Source of the DNA: Spirogloea muscicola
Taxonomy: Eukaryota
Assembly: GCA_009602725.1 (NCBI GenBank)
Contig: WELB01000023.1
Location: forward strand, 795,977-859,976
Length of the DNA: 64,000 bases
Reading direction: 5' to 3'
Within the stretch, counting starts at the first letter, position 1; each line of letters begins with the position of its first letter. The position numbers and the translations under genes are program-made. The notes beneath the pieces were generated by a model. The model did not search any database, was not told the origin of the DNA, and worked only from the letters and a program-made list of their open reading frames with translations. This document shows, one piece after another, positions 46,725 to 64,000 of this stretch.

Positions 46725-49579
46725 ATGGCCGCCGGCTGCCACGGCGCGGCCCTCGCGCGCCTGCCCGGTGCCGTGCTCGCTGCCGGCGAGCGAGCCGGGC
46801 GATCGCCGTCGCTGGCCACGGCGCGCCTCGCCCTGGTGAGCGCTGCGCTCACCATCGAGCTTAGCTTCCAGGTGGCTGTAAGAGGTACCGGTCGGCGGGT
46901 CGTCTCAGCTGCGGCACATGTGGGGACGACGAGCGGCTCGTAGGAGCTGGCCTACGCGTCATCTCCCACGATCTCTTTGTCTTCGATCGTGCACTCTGAG
47001 TTTGCGTCAGCCTGCTCGCTCGTTGGCCACAATCCGATGTGAATCAAGTTGTGGGTTTGTCAATTTGGGACGATCGATGCAGTGGGAGCCACGACCGTCC
47101 GGCTGCTGGCGGTCTGGGCGGAGCTTGGGCTTGAAATTGAGGCAAAGCAACAAGACAAAGAAGGTCATGAGGGCTGCTGAAGCTTCTGCTTCAGTTGGCG
47201 GGACGAGAGCAGTAAAATATGGTACATGCGTCAGCTTCCTATGCAGAACATGCTGGCGGTAGCGCATGTTTTTCCTATCTTTGTGGAGGGCTAAGAAATT
47301 TGGTGAAGCTAGCACGTCAAGATGCTGCTTGCAATATCGATCGTACTACTTATCAGCACCAGTTGCACACACTGTCTGTGGTAGTCACATATACAAAGCT
47401 GAGGTAAGAGCTTTGATCATTTTCAAAACACGAGGGCTGATGCCCAAAAGCTGCAGCCAGTATGGTGGGGTATCTGCATAGAGTGTGGCCTTTCTTACTC
47501 ACTGTAAACAATCAAGTTTCTCGCTGCTACAGATTTCATAGAGGTTAAGCATGCATATGAGCTCATCCGGAAAACTGACTCCCTTTGCAGGCCCGCCTGC
47601 TGCTGCAACGGTAGTTGTGCCTCCAATTGGCGTGCACACCACCACGATCATCTGGCTACATGGACTTGGTGACACTGGCACAGGGTAAGCCATAGATTTA
47701 AGCCTTTACCTGGATATCTGCACATTGTCCACCTCTTTTTCCGCTGCACCAAAGGGATGAATGCATCAGAGTCTTGTCTTGGCTATCTGCGATCGCTATA
47801 ATTTGGATGATGTGCTGGTCCACACTGGAGCAGGTGGGGAACAGCGCTCAAAGCTCTAGCTCTTCCTCATGTAGGTGGTCATCCAGGCTGTCACAAGTGC
47901 ATTGTGGCTTGCCTGTCCAATGTTTATACTACTGGTGTAGCCCATAGCAGTCGCTTGATTGTGCCTGTTGTACTGGAGGTGTTCTTCCTCTTGCATAACT
48001 TAAGCACGCACTAGGTGACATATCTGCTTCAGTGTAGGCTGCTTAAGCCATTTACTTGGCCTTGCTTGTGATGAGGTGCTATGCAGAATATTTTACAGTC
48101 GATGCGATGCAGGAATCTCCTTTGAGAGATTTTTTTTTTTGTTGAGAGTCAGTTTGCCTTGTGTTCTTCACTCGTGCAGGTGAAATGGGTGATACCTTCA
48201 GCACCAATTCGCCCAGTGACACTAAATGGAGGCTTTCCATCTCCTGCTTGTAAGCTCTCTCGAATATGATCATGACCTTGCAAACTGCGGTGCATCTTTT
48301 GTACTTGATGCAGCTCTGGGGCTCTCGCAAGGTCCACTGCAAGTCGCCCCTATCATCAACTGAACAACACCTCAATTGCAAGCTGTCAGTCATAACTGAG
48401 GAAGCCGAAATTGCTGAATACCTTGAGCCTTGACAAGCACACGAGATTGTGTCTTGACACTTGTCTGTTGGTGAAGGGTTTGATATCAGAGGTCTATCAG
48501 CAGACTCTCCAGATGATGTGCGAGGCCTTGATGCTGCTGCCTCCTACATATCAAGCCTGTTTGAGGCAGAGAAAGCTCTAGCTCCAGGTAGGACCTCCCA
48601 GCTTGCCTTCTGGCTTATTGCCTCAGCATTACCGCAAAAAGTCCTGCAGAAGGTGCAGATATTCAAGCTAGTTGTGAAGACAAAGAGCTGACTGCATAGG
48701 CAGCCATGCCTGTTCTGCTTGTGCTTGTGATGCTGTGCAGGTGTGAAATATGCTGTTGGAGGGTTCAGTCAGGGTGGAGCCCTGTCTCTGTACCTGGCAT
48801 CTCGGAAAGCAGCTGGCACTTTCAGCAATGGCACTGACGCGTCATCAATACCAATCTCTGCTGCAGTGTGCCTGAGTGGTTGGTTGCCCAATGCTAAGTA
48901 GGTCCCATGTTGTTACACTCTGCAGCACTTCTATATCTTTTGCCACTAAAGATGCTAGACAATCAACAGCAAGTGTTTGCTCGTCTTCTTGCTAACTGCA
49001 GCCATCCTGCTCAATATCTGTCAATTGGTGCAGGGCACTGAATGTGACCAAAGAATCAGCAAAGCGAGCAGGAGAGTTGCCTGTTCTATTATGTCATGGG
49101 CAGGGCAATCTCAGCAGCTTAATAGCCAATCCTTGACTAGGGTTGAGTGGGCACTCTTACGGCGTGCAAAGTAATTGCATGATGTCCTGTGCATCAGTAC
49201 ACAGGATTGTACGTTTCAGATACTTGTGGCTATGCGCAGATGACATGCTTGTGCCTTACCAATATGGAGAGTTGTCCCATCATGCTCTGCAAGCATTCCA
49301 GTTTCTTCAGGCCGAGTTCAAAGGCTATCGAGGGTGAGTTAAGAGATTCGTGGAAGTTGCTGTTTGATCTCCACTACTAAAAAAAGGCCTGACAACCAGC
49401 TGGATGACAAGTGTCACCATGCATACTTAATCAGCTTCATGCTTCGCGCATAGCCCATGACCAGGGCAGGTTGCTCATTCCAACGGCTGGATGTATCGCA
49501 CAGGGTAAATCATAGTATTGGAGAGAAGGAGTGGCAGGATGTGCGTACGTGGTTGCTTACTCACTTTCCGCCTCCCTAA
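46725..49579 (+). CDS. Acyl-protein thioesterase / phospholipase-carboxylesterase family protein with probable organellar transit peptide
   Basis: Spliced motifs IIWLHGLGDTG, VKWVIPSAPIRPVTLNGG, WFDI, GGFSQGG (nucleophile), LSGWL, CHGQDD and VNHS; stop TAA at 49577. Exons 46725-46835 and 47011-47221 join in phase. An alternative start at ATG 47167 is possible. Confidence 0.88.
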
Positions 49580-49799
49580 TGTAACCCAACAGTGGTGCTA
49601 CTACAGAAATACTGAAATGTTTCTCCCATCTGGGGCACATGAATGACTACTGACTTCTCCTAAATTTCTTCCTTACACCTCAGTAGGAAGGATGGGACAT
49701 TCTTTCCACGTGCTATGAGCACGAGGCTAGCACACTCATATTAGTGCCATGCAGCACACTGCCGGTCCAAATTTGGCCAACATTTAAGCAGCAGACAGC

Positions 49800-50535
49800 T
49801 CTAGCTACTCAATGTGGCATTGTCATTATGGATGTCTGAGCTATTTCTGCTACTGATGTCAGCAAAGTGGTGTCGAGAGTATAGGCCCACGCCCACACTT
49901 GCTGTTTCCGCAACAGCATCTTGCAAATTAACCACAAATCTAGCACCTCCATCCACAAGGACGACGCCTATGACAGCGTGGCAGCAGCCATCATACTTCC
50001 TAGCTTATGGCTACAACATCTTTTCTCAGAGACCAGGATTAGTTGCAGCTGAGCTCTCCCAGCTTGGCTTCCCCCTTCAGAGACACTGTTTCTTTTGCAG
50101 GGCATCTTGCGGTATCCCGCGCCGAGCAATCATGTGATAGCAAGGGTGTTCTCATTCAAAGTACCAGTTTAGGTGACTGTACGTAGCATTCCCTGAAGCA
50201 ATTTGGAAACAAAGCTGCACCATCACACTGTCATCGGCCCTTGGCCCATTCAGGTCAGCCAGCTCCTTTACAGCACTTGGCATCTGACAGGAGCTGCCAG
50301 CCTTGCTCGCTGCAGGCAGGCTGACACACCACGTCGCCAGAACGACAATTATGCTGCCGGCATGCCCATCTTGGCTGGAAGCATAGCCTCACATTGTACA
50401 TATCCTAGATCCGCCATGTTCTTAAGCAGGGTATGATAACGAGGAGCCATGCAGCCAAAAACGTCAATTGTGGCCGGTAGGAGGTAAGCGCTGGAGTAGT
50501 AAGAGTAGTGCTGCAGCTTTCTCTGCTGTGCTCGC
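49800..50535 (-). mobile_element. Older degenerate family-D RLE fragments
   Basis: QRKLQHYSYYSSAYLLPATIDVFGCMAPRYHTLLKNMADLGY...MGMPAA is homologous to the + copy at 50556-51142. Confidence 0.7.
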
Positions 50536-50555
50536 CCTCCACAGTCCTCGACCCC

Positions 50556-51242
50556 CTCCACGGGACGCCCTGGCGGGCTTGATGCGCGACGCCGGCTACC
50601 GCGCCATCGTTGAAGTGAGCAATGTAATGCCCATCACCACGGATTCCCAGGGAGGCCATCACCGTCGCACCCTGGACATTGTGGGTGTACAACCTGGCGG
50701 AGGCCCACGAGCTTTGGTTGATGTGGTGGTGACTGAGGCATACAAGAGTTCCGCTTCCACACACATTGCTGGCCACGCAGTGGGAGGTGCTGAGCAGAAA
50801 AAGCTCCGACACTACTCAGACTACCCCCGCAGTGACCACCTCCTCCCGGCCGCAATCGACACTTTCGGCTGCTTGGGTCCTCGCTTCCATACCCTACTCG
50901 AGAACATAGCGAGTCTGGGATATGCACGACGCGAGGATATGCTCCCAGCCCAGATGGGTATGCCGGCAGCCTATCTGTCATTTCTGCGACGTCGAGTGTC
51001 AACCTGTCTGCAACGAGCTCAGGCGTATGCTCTGCATCAGAAAGCTGGTCGAGCCTTAGCTGCTGGCACAAGAGCTAGTCAATTGCCGTCCGGTATTCGA
51101 GCGTCAGCTAGCGACCTCTATGTGCTGACTCGTGGTTACTGAGCGGGTCAGCTTAGCAGCAGGTGACGTACATTTGTCCAATGTGCTTGCCTTTGTACTT
51201 GGCCACACATGGCCTCCCCATCTCTTAATATACACGCATTTT
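50556..51242 (+). mobile_element. 5'-truncated family-D CRE-like element (RLE domain and 3' UTR) with 20-bp TSD
   Basis: Open frame RDALAGLMRDAGY...RTLDIVG...LVDVVVT...KKLRHY...SDLYVLTRGY*. CCTCCACAGTCCTCGACCCC occurs at 50536-50555 and 51243-51262. Confidence 0.9.
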
Positions 51243-51738
51243 CCTCCACAGTCCTCGACCCCTTGTACTTGGCCCCTCCATCACGTGATACGCACTTCAT
51301 TTCTTTCCGAAGAGCCCCTTGCTCAGCCCTCGGGCATTATGGAAGAGCTGCTTCTTTCCGCAGCCATCGCTAATTCCTGGAAGAGCTGGGTTCTCAATTT
51401 TGGGCTGGCCAATCACATCTCTCTGCTTACTTTGGAAGGTGTTTCCGATTTTCCCGTACTCTGCGTAGATTGTTGCCCAGCCAGGCTTAAGTCTTGAGGG
51501 GAAGGCACACCGTGTGCATGAAGTGAAGGGGAGGCCAATCTGACTGGCTCTGCCAGCCACTCTTCTCTATGGGCGAGCACTTCTTCTTAATCTGACCAAT
51601 ACTTTGGTCAGGTGAAAAGCTAGTGCAAGAAACAAGGCCACATCAAACGAAGCCTACTACAACGTGGCTAAGGGAGGTCAAAAAGCTAGCCAGGGGCTAG
51701 CCAGGGGGCAGGTCCCCCCCGACTCCGCGTCTACCGCA

Positions 51739-57084
<5,346 letters not shown>

Positions 57085-57422
57085 CAGCAAGCTAGCTCAG
57101 ACCTCTTTGTGTTAATTAGTAACCCATTCGCTTATTCTTTGCTGGGAAGTTCGAAGCAGTGATGAGCTGCGACATGCTTGCAAGCACTATTTGCCTGGAT
57201 GGACGTCTACTAAGCACGCCAGTCATGTCTCCTTAGCCAGCATTACTCTGAGCTTCGCTCCCACGTTGATGTGGACTGGAGCTCCTTTGCGCTGGTCAAT
57301 CAGGCCCCATTTGTACCCCAAGGACCGCTGCCAATGATCTGAGTATTTGCTGCATATACTGAACAATGAAATCAAGTAAACTAACAATCTGGTGATCGAG
57401 ATGTGGGCCTGTGCTGAGGGTG

Positions 57423-59260
57423 CTATCTGCCAAGCTCCTTCTTCAGCTGGGCCAGCATGTCCTCGACCTCCTCTTCCCTGCTTTTAGCAGGCTCTGCCTT
57501 GACCTTGTCCTTGACAGCGTCAGCCTTCTTCGCACCATCAGTTGCCGTGGCTCGATATCTGTCGCTGTCCTTGTCATGCCCCTGACTTGAGTCAGCCTGA
57601 GGCGGCCCGATGCCAATCTCCTTCTCCAGGAACTCCACAAACTCCTCACCGAGCTCCTGCAATGTAGATGAGTGTCAACATTCGCATTCTTGCAACTGAG
57701 TTGAGATCTCATGAGGTAAGATTCTATGTGGACTGAAAAGTCATGCCAAGGCCTGCAGTTCAAGAGTCACGTCTGCTGCGGCAAACATACAGAAATCTCC
57801 TCCCATAGGCTCTTCGGCGTCTCTCGCCGAGCTGCTGAGCGCCGTTCAAGATCCTTCTGCAAGTCTGCAAAGAAGTCCCCTGCATCGCACGACCACGTCC
57901 ACATGAGCTCTATATTCCGCTTGAGGACACCTTCGCACATGGCAAGCTGACACCTTCTGTATGATCTGCAGCGACGCGTTTGATATTGCAGATCAGCCTG
58001 CCTTTGCTGTGCCACTCTTAGGGAATGATCAAGCACTCTTGTTGCCCACGATGAGATATTGGTGATATCTTTTAGGACCCGACCCAGCCATGCAGCTTCC
58101 CCAGAATCTCATCCCCATCACTAGCGGCACCCAGCACCGCCCCCTTTCCCCCCCCATCTTCCTCCTCTCCCGGCCGCCAAACCCTCCCCAGCAACCCCAA
58201 CCACAGGTTAGGTTGTTAGTGAGCTTCTGGTGGCTGTACCCAGAGACTTCTGCACGTCTTTGACAAGCAGTCCTGCATGCCAGGGTGCAGGCGACGCGCG
58301 GATATGAATGCCGGGCTTGCATGTGAAAAACGAGGCTAGCCACCTACACATAATGGCAGCCCCTTCAGCAATGAAGCCGTCCAATCCGAGCAAGTGTGCC
58401 ACGCTTGCATGCGCGGGAATTTCGGCCGGCGGTTGCTGCTGCCGCAGGTTGCAGCGCTCACCTATGCCGTAGAAGGCCTCCTCCGGCGATGGAGCCTTGG
58501 CGCCACCGCCCCCCGTGGCCCACTTGAAGGGGTCGAAGTCCTGGGCTGACGCCGCTCGCTTCTCGCCGCGGTCGAAGCGCGCCCTGCTGCCGTCGTCGCT
58601 GAGCGTCTGGTACGCCTGCTTCACCCGCAGGAACTGGTCCTGCGCGTCTGGCTGCCGCACCACGACCAGCCCGACCGTCAGAAGCGGCAGAGCGTCAGAT
58701 GGCCGCCCAGCGTGACGGAGTAGGGAGGAGAGGAGCAGCCGAGGCGCCCGGAAACGACGCCAAGCTTCATGCACGAATTCCTCGGCACTTGGCTGGCGAT
58801 GGAGCGGGTGACCCCGTCTGGCCAGGAGCTTCGCGGCAGCCCGCAAGCCGAAGCCCGAGCCCGCAACGGCGGCAAGCGTCGCGAATGAAGGGCAGATGGA
58901 CGGGGCGGGCTCCAGCTCCACGAGGTGGCGCGGCACACCCACCGCCTTGTTGACGTCCGGGTGGAGCTTGAGCGCCAGGCGGCGGTACGCCTGCTTGATC
59001 TCGCGCTCCGACGCGCTGCGCGGCACCTTGAGCACGTCGTACGGCGACTCCGAGGCCGCCGACGCTCGCGCCGCGCCCGCGCCCGCGCCGCCGCCGGCGG
59101 CNNNNNNNNNNNNNNNNNNNNNNNNNNNNNNNNNNNNGGCCCCGGCGGCGGCGGCGGCGGCGGCGGCGAGCATGGCCACCGGGCCGCCGAACCAGCCGGG
59201 TTTCGCGGCGCCCGCCGCGGCGCGGCTGCCGGCGTCAGTCCAAGGGGCTGACGCGTGCAT
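57423..59260 (-). CDS. J-domain (type C DnaJ) protein, plant plastid-type
   Basis: SPYDVLKV...IKQAYRRLALKLHPDVNKA|PDAQDQFLRVKQAY..., EEAFYGI|GDFFADLQ...PKSLWEEIS|ELGEEFVEFLEKE...LAQLKKELGR*. Ala-rich N-terminus interrupted by an N gap; the start is uncertain. Confidence 0.85.
59102..59137. other. Assembly gap (36 N) in a GC-rich GCC-repeat stretch
   Basis: Run of N. Confidence 0.99.
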
Positions 59261-59434
59261 CGGCGCCTTGGGCGCCGCCACGTGGCCCTGCGGCCAGCCT
59301 AGCTGCACGGCAGCCCGACGGGACGTTGCACGTTCGTTTTGCCGCACTGTGGCTTGGAATCAGGCCATAATAAGCGGCCGTCGCTGGATCTTGTTGCAGC
59401 AAGAGCGGGTATGGCTTTGCTTCGTCTGAGAAAC

Positions 59435-61845
59435 CGTTGTACCTTGTCCATTCCATTGGGCTGGCCTCTCCCAGCCACCAGTCAATCTGGCCGCGCTTGC
59501 TTTTGTACTGGCTCTAGAGGCGTGCAAGTAGAATCGTCACCCTATCAGCGCTTTCCGGCCGCTTCGGACCTTGTCAATTATGCTCGGGCTGGCTTTTCAC
59601 AGCCCTCGCCCCCTTTTGGGGTAGCCACTTTCTTTCTTTCTTCAGTTCAAGCATACATGACTCATATCTGAAGTGAAGTCAACGCCAGGCGTTCGCCTTC
59701 ATCTCTAGAATCATGTGCGAAGCTGGAGTTGGACGGATAGGATCTCAAGTGGCATGATGGTCACACTGTGCTTGGCTCTTCAGCATGAGGCGGCAGTTTC
59801 CTTGTTGCCGATTACGAGCTCAGTAATTGCAACTACCTCAACACATGCATTTGCAGTGCTTCTCCTCTTCTGCAGCTGCTAGCTACTGACTTTGCCTCCA
59901 ATGGATCTTTGTAGAGGAGACTTGAGTATAATTTCAATAAGCAGATGGCCGTTGTCGCAGCCTTCTTGTATAATGAGTATTCAGTTGCGCGCCTGCTGCC
60001 CTAGGTGTAGCCAAATTTTCGGGCTCGCGGTCAGTGATTGAACACTATTCCTCCGTGCCCATTGTCACCCTACCCTACCCTACTGTCAAACGTTGTCCAT
60101 ATCAGGCATTTGCAATGCAGCCCAGTAGTTTCGAAGTACAAACAATGCTCTAATTCCTCAAAGCGGTACTTGTCATGTTTCTGCTCACACACACAGAGTA
60201 GGAGGTCAGGATGTCCTTAATCAGAGGTCAATGACCGGGGGTTAAGGAGCTAACCCAGTACATAGCGAAGCACTCGTGCACACAGTGCAGACGAGGACCT
60301 CACTCCATCGGGCTGCCGCAAGGCTGCTTCACCTCCTGGGCAACACCAACGACTGCTCTGTAGAGGGACGCAGCCACAGGCTCCTCGCAGCATGCCAGGA
60401 ACGAGCTGTGGCTACGAGCTGCAGCAGCAGGCAGGCAGCAGCAGGGCTGCGTCCACAAGGCTTCAAATTCTCGAACTCCCTTCGCCTGCAGGCCCCTCCG
60501 GACCTTGACAATGCCTCCTGGGCTGGCCTTCTGTGAGGAGAGAAAGACTCTTCCAGTAGAGGGCGATGGCTGTAGTTGGCCAGTCAGAAGAAGAATTGAA
60601 CAATTCACAGCTAGTCGCCCTCTTTTGCTTTTTCGGGAAGAACTTCGTATAATTTCTCAGCCCAAAGTTTCCTGTGCTTCCTGTGCCAATGCCCCTTAGG
60701 GTTTGTTTAGGGTTTGTGTGGGAGTTGCCCCGAGGCCGACTCCGTGAGGGGCAGGCCTCACGAATACACGAGGGCCACCGAGGGCCACCTGAGGGCAACC
60801 GGAGGTAATCTGAGGGGCCATCCGGAACGAGCAAGGTTCCGGAGGCGACACGGATCACATGAATCACTAGCTCTTACAGTACAAAGCAATGCCTGTGAGA
60901 GGCCAGCCCAAGAGAAATGAACAAGGTCTCAAAGGCCGGAAGGCATGAACTTACGTAACTATTGTCTGTAAGTTCTGCAACGGACGCTTATTTATCTCAA
61001 CTTAGGGAATGCAGATCTGAGTCACTAGAGGGCGGCAAAGCGTCACCTTGAAATCACAGCGTGTCAGAGTATGACAGTCTCATAGAGAAAGTAAGCTCTT
61101 CCAAAGGGGGCGAGGGCTGTGAAAAGCCAGCCCAGAAAAAGTGGACAAAGTCTCGTAGCTCGGGCATGTTCAGAGCACTTGCCTGTGACGCTGCACAGGC
61201 ATGTAGTGGTACCAGCACCAATTTGGTGCTCACATTACGTGGAAGTCAAAACGCCGGGCAAGCCAGCTTTGGCTTGACATTGACCGACCTTACACAAGTA
61301 CCTATTGACATGTCTACCATCTAATGAGTGCACACTTCGGAAAAATTCACGTATTGGCTGTGAAGAGCATCACGAGTAAGAAGATAACGTCAAATGACGG
61401 CTGATCCTATGAGCTATGCACGGCTTCACATCAATTTTAGCATAACACATTAATTGTACTCTGGGGAGTATACAACGCCTACCAAGGAGCTACAAATTTG
61501 GCCACACCCTGCACTGCTCAGCCAACAAGCTGCCACAAAGCAAATCATGGCCACGCAAATGCAGGTGCAACTTTGTTCAATCAGAGAACAATTCCGTGGG
61601 TAAGGCAACCTCTTGATGGCTGACCTACCTAACTAAGGCCCCTCGCTGCCCTCCCTCTCCACTACAGGCTTTTCCGCCCTCTACTTCTTTCGATCCGTAC
61701 TTGCTGACTAGAGGGTATTGAGCGTCCACTCGCAGAAGTCACGTAGAGTAGCGTGCTTTTGAGCCTTGCGGCCCTTCTTACACCTTGTACACTCTGGGCT
61801 GGCCTCTCACAGCCATGCCTTACTTTGCAAGAGCTATTCCTTCAC
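59435..61845. mobile_element. Scattered CRE-like 3' tails upstream of the J-domain gene
   Basis: Hairpin tails at 59442-59480, 59560-59640, 60490-60555, 60890-60940 (-) and 61090-61150 (-). FDPYLLTRGY* with a tail at 61690-61840. Confidence 0.72.
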
Positions 61846-63779
61846 CGAACGTCGTCAAGAGTCGACACTCCCGGGTGAATCTGACTCCGCCTCGCCTGCA
61901 CAAGCGGGCGCACGCACTTCCCAGGCCGTGCCAGGAGGGCGCGAGCGTGTGCACTAGGCAAGCCAGACGCCACAGAGCCTCACTACGGTGGACTCCGAGC
62001 ATTGACACATGATTGAATAATTTTGCAAGGCAATTGTGAAACTTGTGTGACAGCGTAAATTTAAGCATAGCCCTGAAACAATTGTTAGAGGTGTGGCATG
62101 TGGGCTCTCCTGCTTTACCTACGATGTTGAGGAGATGTGAGTCCTAGAGCCTATTATCGATCCGCTGAACATTGCTCCAGCGGCACTTCATTATATTTCA
62201 GGGTTACTTGAGGTGGACCAATTCTGCCACTTCATCTCTTGTGAGGAGAGACGCCAAGAGACCTAGGTGCACCTGCGCATTCCTCTGCCAATCATTAGCA
62301 AATAAAATGCTGACCTCTTTCAATTGAACATGCAGGACATCAGCCGCGTTGATGCCATGTTGCTGTTGGGTCGTGATCTCTGTGACGAGGCAGGGAATGC
62401 TCTCCGTCGTCTGCAATCTTCCGCTTTACTCATGGCCCAGCCTAACCATAGCAACGCTACTGCAGCAGGCATTTAGAAGGGTCCCGGCCTGTGAAGATTC
62501 CTGGTTTGAGATGTCTAAGCGTCTTGCTTAGCAGAGATTGACTTATGCAGTCCACTTGACACACTCCTGCACTGCTCGGCCGCACTTCAGATAGCTACCA
62601 CCGCTTAACTCAAAGTCGTGATTTAGGTCCAGCAGGGACAAGTTGGCAGTGCTGTCTGTACGTAGTATGTCGGGCAAAGCTCATTCTCAAATCCAAACAT
62701 GACTAACCAGACGTTTATGACAGTTGAGGAAGGGGTTTTTGACATGGAGGACATTTACAAACTAGTGATTGCTTAAGAGGCCACTGATGTCACATTCCAT
62801 ACCATTCATGAGGGGTTTGCTGGATAGAGCTTTGTTAAAGCTCGCTGAGTAAGAGGAAAGAACCGGGCAGGATGCATGACCAACCTCAAATTTGAGTCCT
62901 TGCAATGCCTTTTCATGGGATGCGATATGTCAAGCTGCCATCTTCATGGAGGTCATCTGGCTACTCCTTTCAGCATCAAGCTGCTGTCATGGGAGTATTG
63001 ACGGTTTTGAGGACTCCTGACGTTTCCAATGTATGGTTGAATACATACTGAGAGTAGCACTTCGTTGAAGAAGCATGTGCAAATCGCCCGGCTGGACATC
63101 TTACGTCAAATTTCACAAGGGCCCACGACCATCCGCTGTAGCGGGTACAAGCTCAAGCTGATGGACCAACTGCTGTCAGTAATCAAGTTTTTCTCAGTCC
63201 GTATGCAGGCAAACGCTTCAACCAACTGTGATGCATCTATGCTCTGAACGCGATAGGGCATGAATTTTGTGCATTATCTAAGATTGTCTATAGATACCAC
63301 TCATTAGCATTTCTTGGTTGGTTGAGAATCACTTAGTTGGGTGCTCGCTGAACTCCTCAGCCTGTTCTAGGATCCGCCATTTTGGAGTTGGGTCGGCAGT
63401 TCACCCATCTGTTGTATTTGATACTTTTTACTGAATGTGCAATTCATCATGCTATCCATCATCCATGTATGTTGTGCTTGTATGAATCTCAGAGCCAATT
63501 CCTCTCCTGATTATCACGCTGTCTTTCTTAACATCTATAAATCCGTTGTCCTGCATGCCACCTAGATTATGACGTCACCTCTGACCCTGCTGACTTGACT
63601 GGCCTAAGACTGTTGTTGGCAGTCAACGCCTGATGGCATGACAGTGCCTTCTGCGAGGGGAGGCACGCCCCGCTGAGGCTGCAAGAAACAATGTCCTGGC
63701 GAAGGTGTCATCACCCGCATTTTTCTTGTGTAACTCTTCGTCCCTTGACGAGCAGGGGTGTGCATAAGGCAAGGTACGA

Positions 63780-63960
63780 GAAAGAAAGTGCGCGCCCATA
63801 GAAAACAGGGGCTGGCAGAAGCCAGCCGAAAAAGAATGGACAAAATCCAAAGAGCTCCAACAGATGCCGGAAAGAAGGGAAAAGACACAGCTAGGCATCT
63901 AGACAATTAGACACGACAACTCCACAGGAAGCTCAATAACCGCGGGAAGCTCAATACCCG
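63780..63960 (-). mobile_element. Type-B CRE-like 3' end
   Basis: GGG TAT TGA (GY*) followed by a 3' UTR closely matching 15450-15580 and ending CTATGGGCGCGCACTTTCTTTCTC. Confidence 0.82.
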
Positions 63961-64000
63961 AAGGAAGGTACGAGAGACGGCAAGCATCAGGCCGGGCAAA

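Noticed and set aside
60696..60716. TTAGGGTTTGTTTAGGGTTTG telomere-like patch as an element target
   Set aside because: Only two imperfect units, and no element junction abuts it.
60765..60872. GAGGGCCACC sub-repeats, CCGGAAC/GTTCCGG hairpin and CTAG suggesting a Helitron 3' end
   Set aside because: Single copy, CTAG is not followed by T, hairpin spacing is atypical and no matching 5' end was found.
61900..63600. Possible decayed coding sequence
   Set aside because: All frames are broken by stops and I recognise no motif; a translated homology search would be needed.

Overview
Eukaryotic nuclear DNA, GC-rich and intron-rich, with land-plant-like proteins. A streptophyte green alga is the best guess, but this is inference only. 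Genes found: the 5' part of a lipin/PAH gene; two decayed tandem copies of an unidentified gene (N-myristoylation motif, helical region, C-terminal GGxxG hydrophobic segment); a 21.6-kb plant-type multidomain VPS13 that looks pseudogenised and has a triplicated exon; a FAM204A-like gene; an acyl-protein-thioesterase-like gene with a probable plastid transit peptide; an intact in-frame fusion of two methionine-salvage enzymes (MTR-1-P isomerase + MTR kinase); and a J-domain gene. Most intergenic spacers are crowded with remnants of CRE-clade-like non-LTR retrotransposons (RT + CCHC + restriction-like endonuclease). There are at least four 3'-UTR subfamilies. They end their ORF in ...LTR(G/A/T/K)Y*, lack poly(A), end in TC/TTC tracts, and make 6-20 bp target-site duplications. 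They pile up upstream of start codons, and I saw none inside the gene bodies I modelled. A degraded Copia relic and a 36-N assembly gap are also present. Exon models and family names were assigned by eye, without database searches.
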